NCBI GenBank assembly: GCA_040437565.1
Contig: JBDOQK010000042.1
Coordinates: 62,001 to 126,000, forward strand
Source: Albugo candida
Lineage: Eukaryota
Reading direction: 5' to 3'
DNA: 64,000 nt
A model generated the notes under the pieces. That model ran no database searches. It saw only the letters and a list, made by a program, of their open reading frames with translations, and was not told the origin of the DNA. Numbering within the stretch: position 1 is the first letter of the stretch; each line of letters begins with the position of its first letter. Both the position numbers and the translations under genes were made by a program. Of the stretch, positions 61,490-64,000 are shown in pieces.

Positions 61490-64000
61490 AGGTCTTCTTG
61501 TTTATTTTAACGTGGAACAACATCTCAGCACTCACGGTTACCGTCGATGAAGATATGTACAGCGTCATCTTTTATCGCCAATGTGCTCTCAAATCAGTTG
61601 TGTTTAAGACCAAGCTTCACGATCGCGATTGCCTGGATTTATATCAGTGTTCTTGCATACAAAAATGCGTCACAGAATGTTTGTCAATGACACTAGAGGT
61701 GTTTTTTTTGCTTCCAAATAAAAATCGCAGTGGCGGTGTGATGAAATTCCTTGTTCGAACTGAAACAGCTGAAGAACTCACCGAACGAAGTATTCGAAAT
61801 CGCTATTTGGCTTTGCGTCTTCTCATTCACGATGCACCGGTGAGGGCCGAGGAAAGAGTGCTTTTCATTGAGTCCTTGCTGTCCGATGATTTGGAATCTT
61901 CCACGACTCATGTCATATTTGTTGATTTCAACATACCACCCGATCCTTCGAGTGGAACAATTCGACACGAACCAAGTCTATAAGCGTGATTGTAATGGCT
62001 TTCGCAGTTGGGTGTGGTAAATGCTTGAAGGAATCCAACACCCGACTGACAAAAGGAATCAAGGAACCACTATTGCGAAAATCGTCGGGATCACACTTCT
62101 AAGTTGACATACTTATTCAATACGCTATGGAAAGACGGACTACTTCGACCGTGACATGCAGGAGATCATCTGGCACAAAAGTGAAATTTGCCAATCCAAC
62201 TCAGTCGTCGGGACGAGGATATTGGAAATGTTCATTACGACTATTTGAGTATCTTTAAGTTGTCGAAGCGATCAAATTGGATTGGAAGCGAATTTAGTGC
62301 TCGCACCAGGTGCGGTCAAGTTCGAATCCCGGAAAAATGTGGGAAGTTGGAAGACGAAAACAAGAAACAGTTTAAGGAATTAAGAAAATGGAACAAGAAA
62401 GTTGACGTGATGTTGAGTCAAGCAATTGTGTTTCGGAAGCCGCAGCAGCTCGATATCGCACTCAAGATACCAATGAGTCACGTCATTTTTTCGAATCGAG
62501 TCTCGAACAATTCAGAATTTCGATTACAAAAAATGCCAAATACAACAAAGATGCGAGCTTCGATCATCACGTGAAGCATACGGAAAACTCCTTCAAGCTT
62601 TTCTTCGCCCTCCGGATATTTTTTGTCGTCGCGTGCCGATCGAAAATGTGACCTAAAAATGTGGTACCGTGACATCGAACCCGACGGAGATTATTGACGA
62701 ATTTAGCGATCATAAAAGGTGGTGGCATGGGCTCTCTTTATAGCTCCGGGACCGAGTCAGCTGATCCGTGCGAAAGAAAGCAAAAAAAGCTAATCAATTC
62801 GATTCAAGTTCCCTTGCGTCCGAAGAGCAAGATCGTCTCTCAACATGCTCAAGTTCGAAGAGATGGCGGAAGCGATTCAACACATGCGGAGTAATTATTC
62901 TCCCGGTATGGATAGACTATCAACCACATTTTATCATCTTGATCCGGAAATTTTTGGCGAGAGTCTGACGATCGTATTCGAATATCAGCTAGAAAGAGGT
63001 ATCTTACTTCGATCACAACGTTACTCGGCAATACCATTATTGTACAACAAAGGGTCACGAGGTGATACTGGCAACTATCGACCGATCCCACTAATTAACG
63101 TCGATATAAAAGTACTTTCAAAAGTATTGGCGCATCGATTGCAACGGTTTTTGCCGAGATCGANNNNNNNNNNNNNNNNNNNNNNNNNNNNNNNNNNNNN
63201 NNNNNNNNNNNNNNNNNNNNNNNNNNNNNNNNNNNNNNNNNNNNNNNNNNNNNNNNNNNNNNNATACCATTATTGTACAACAAAGGGTCACGAGGTGATA
63301 CTGGCAACTATCGACCGATCCCACTAATTTACGTCGATATAAAAGTACTTTCAAAAGTATTGGCGCATCGATTGCAACGGTTTTTGCCGAGATCGATCCA
63401 TCAAGATCAAAAAGCATTTGTCCGAGGAAGGTCGATGCGTCACCATATTCGACATCTCACCGACATCCAAAACTTGGTCACTCATCGTGGATAGAAATCG
63501 TATGAGACTTTTTTCGACTTTGAGAAAGATTGTGATCGAGTCAATTGGACGCACGTATTTCGCGTTTTGGAAAAAATGAGCGTTGGAAAAAGTTCCATCG
63601 ACTGGGTTCGTCTTCTGTACAAAACACTAAGGCACAGTTGATGATCAATCGAAATATCACACCGTCCATTACACCACAACGTGGAGTGAAACAAGTTGAT
63701 CCTCTCTCAGCATTACTTTTTCTGATGACGATCGAACCTTTGGGCAATTCACTTCGCCAATATGAAGAACATGGAATTTGGATTAATGGCACGACTGTCG
63801 CAACTGGATCATTTTTCGCGGAAGATTCTACATCGCTTTCAGAGACACCAAATGGTGCTTTGACGCACTCGAACTCGATTGCGATGGAGATGGTGCGAAA
63901 CTCAACTTGAGCAAATTATCTTTGCTCTCGTTGAATCGGACCATGCCGTGTCCTCGTATTCTCAATTTGACCACAATAGGTCCGAACGATTCGGTCAAGT
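61490..64000 (+). mobile_element. Degenerate L1-like LINE ORF2 (APE endonuclease and RT), running off the window
   Basis: TWNNISALT...RSGGV...IFVDFN (endonuclease); SPGMD, NYRPIPLINVDIKVLSKVLAHRL, HQDQKAFVRGR, DFEK, RGVKQVDPLSALLF and FFAED (decayed YADD/FADD). Frameshifts present. Confidence 0.92.

Larger units (their letters stand above)
5482..63263. other. Fifteen fixed-length 100-N scaffold gaps
   Basis: Gaps start at 5482, 7475, 16461, 21791, 28914, 30624, 31045, 37269, 37967, 41524, 42258, 43918, 48187, 54447 and 63164. Most are flanked by direct duplications of about 45-600 bp (unmerged contig ends). Confidence 0.95.

Noticed and set aside
7320-63396. Direct duplications flanking N gaps as real tandem duplications (7.3, 16.4, 21.6, 28.8, 37.8, 41.3, 42.1, 63.0 kb)
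   Set aside because: Each pair sits exactly either side of a 100-N gap and is identical or nearly so, which is typical of unmerged contig overlaps.

Overview
Eukaryotic genomic DNA, most likely an oomycete. The AT-leaning composition, 44-56 nt GT-AG introns, oomycete-type INR/FPR core promoters and oomycete-type copia and membrane-protein families suggest an Albugo-like white rust (inference). It is a draft scaffold with fifteen 100-N gaps, most flanked by duplicated contig ends. The first ~32 kb is a transposon graveyard: LINE, Ty1/copia, two hAT remnants, and a Mutator-like element with a 9-bp TSD that carries a Tc1 fragment. 32-47 kb is an accessory, effector-like zone: a secreted pepsin-fold protein lacking the catalytic Asp and broken by one stop, a pseudogene and an intact member of a small secreted family, and a 434-bp tandem array directly upstream of that gene. 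48.7-59.1 kb is a compact, all-minus-strand gene island: RWP-RK factor, PX-domain AGC kinase, membrane lipase, TRM5, a multipass membrane protein, and a third family member with a His/Thr/Gln repeat expansion. A degenerate LINE ends the window. The best candidate for a new system is the three-member secreted family (Cys-rich N-domain, expandable linker, possibly degenerate aspartic-protease-like C-domain) clustered with the pseudo-protease.
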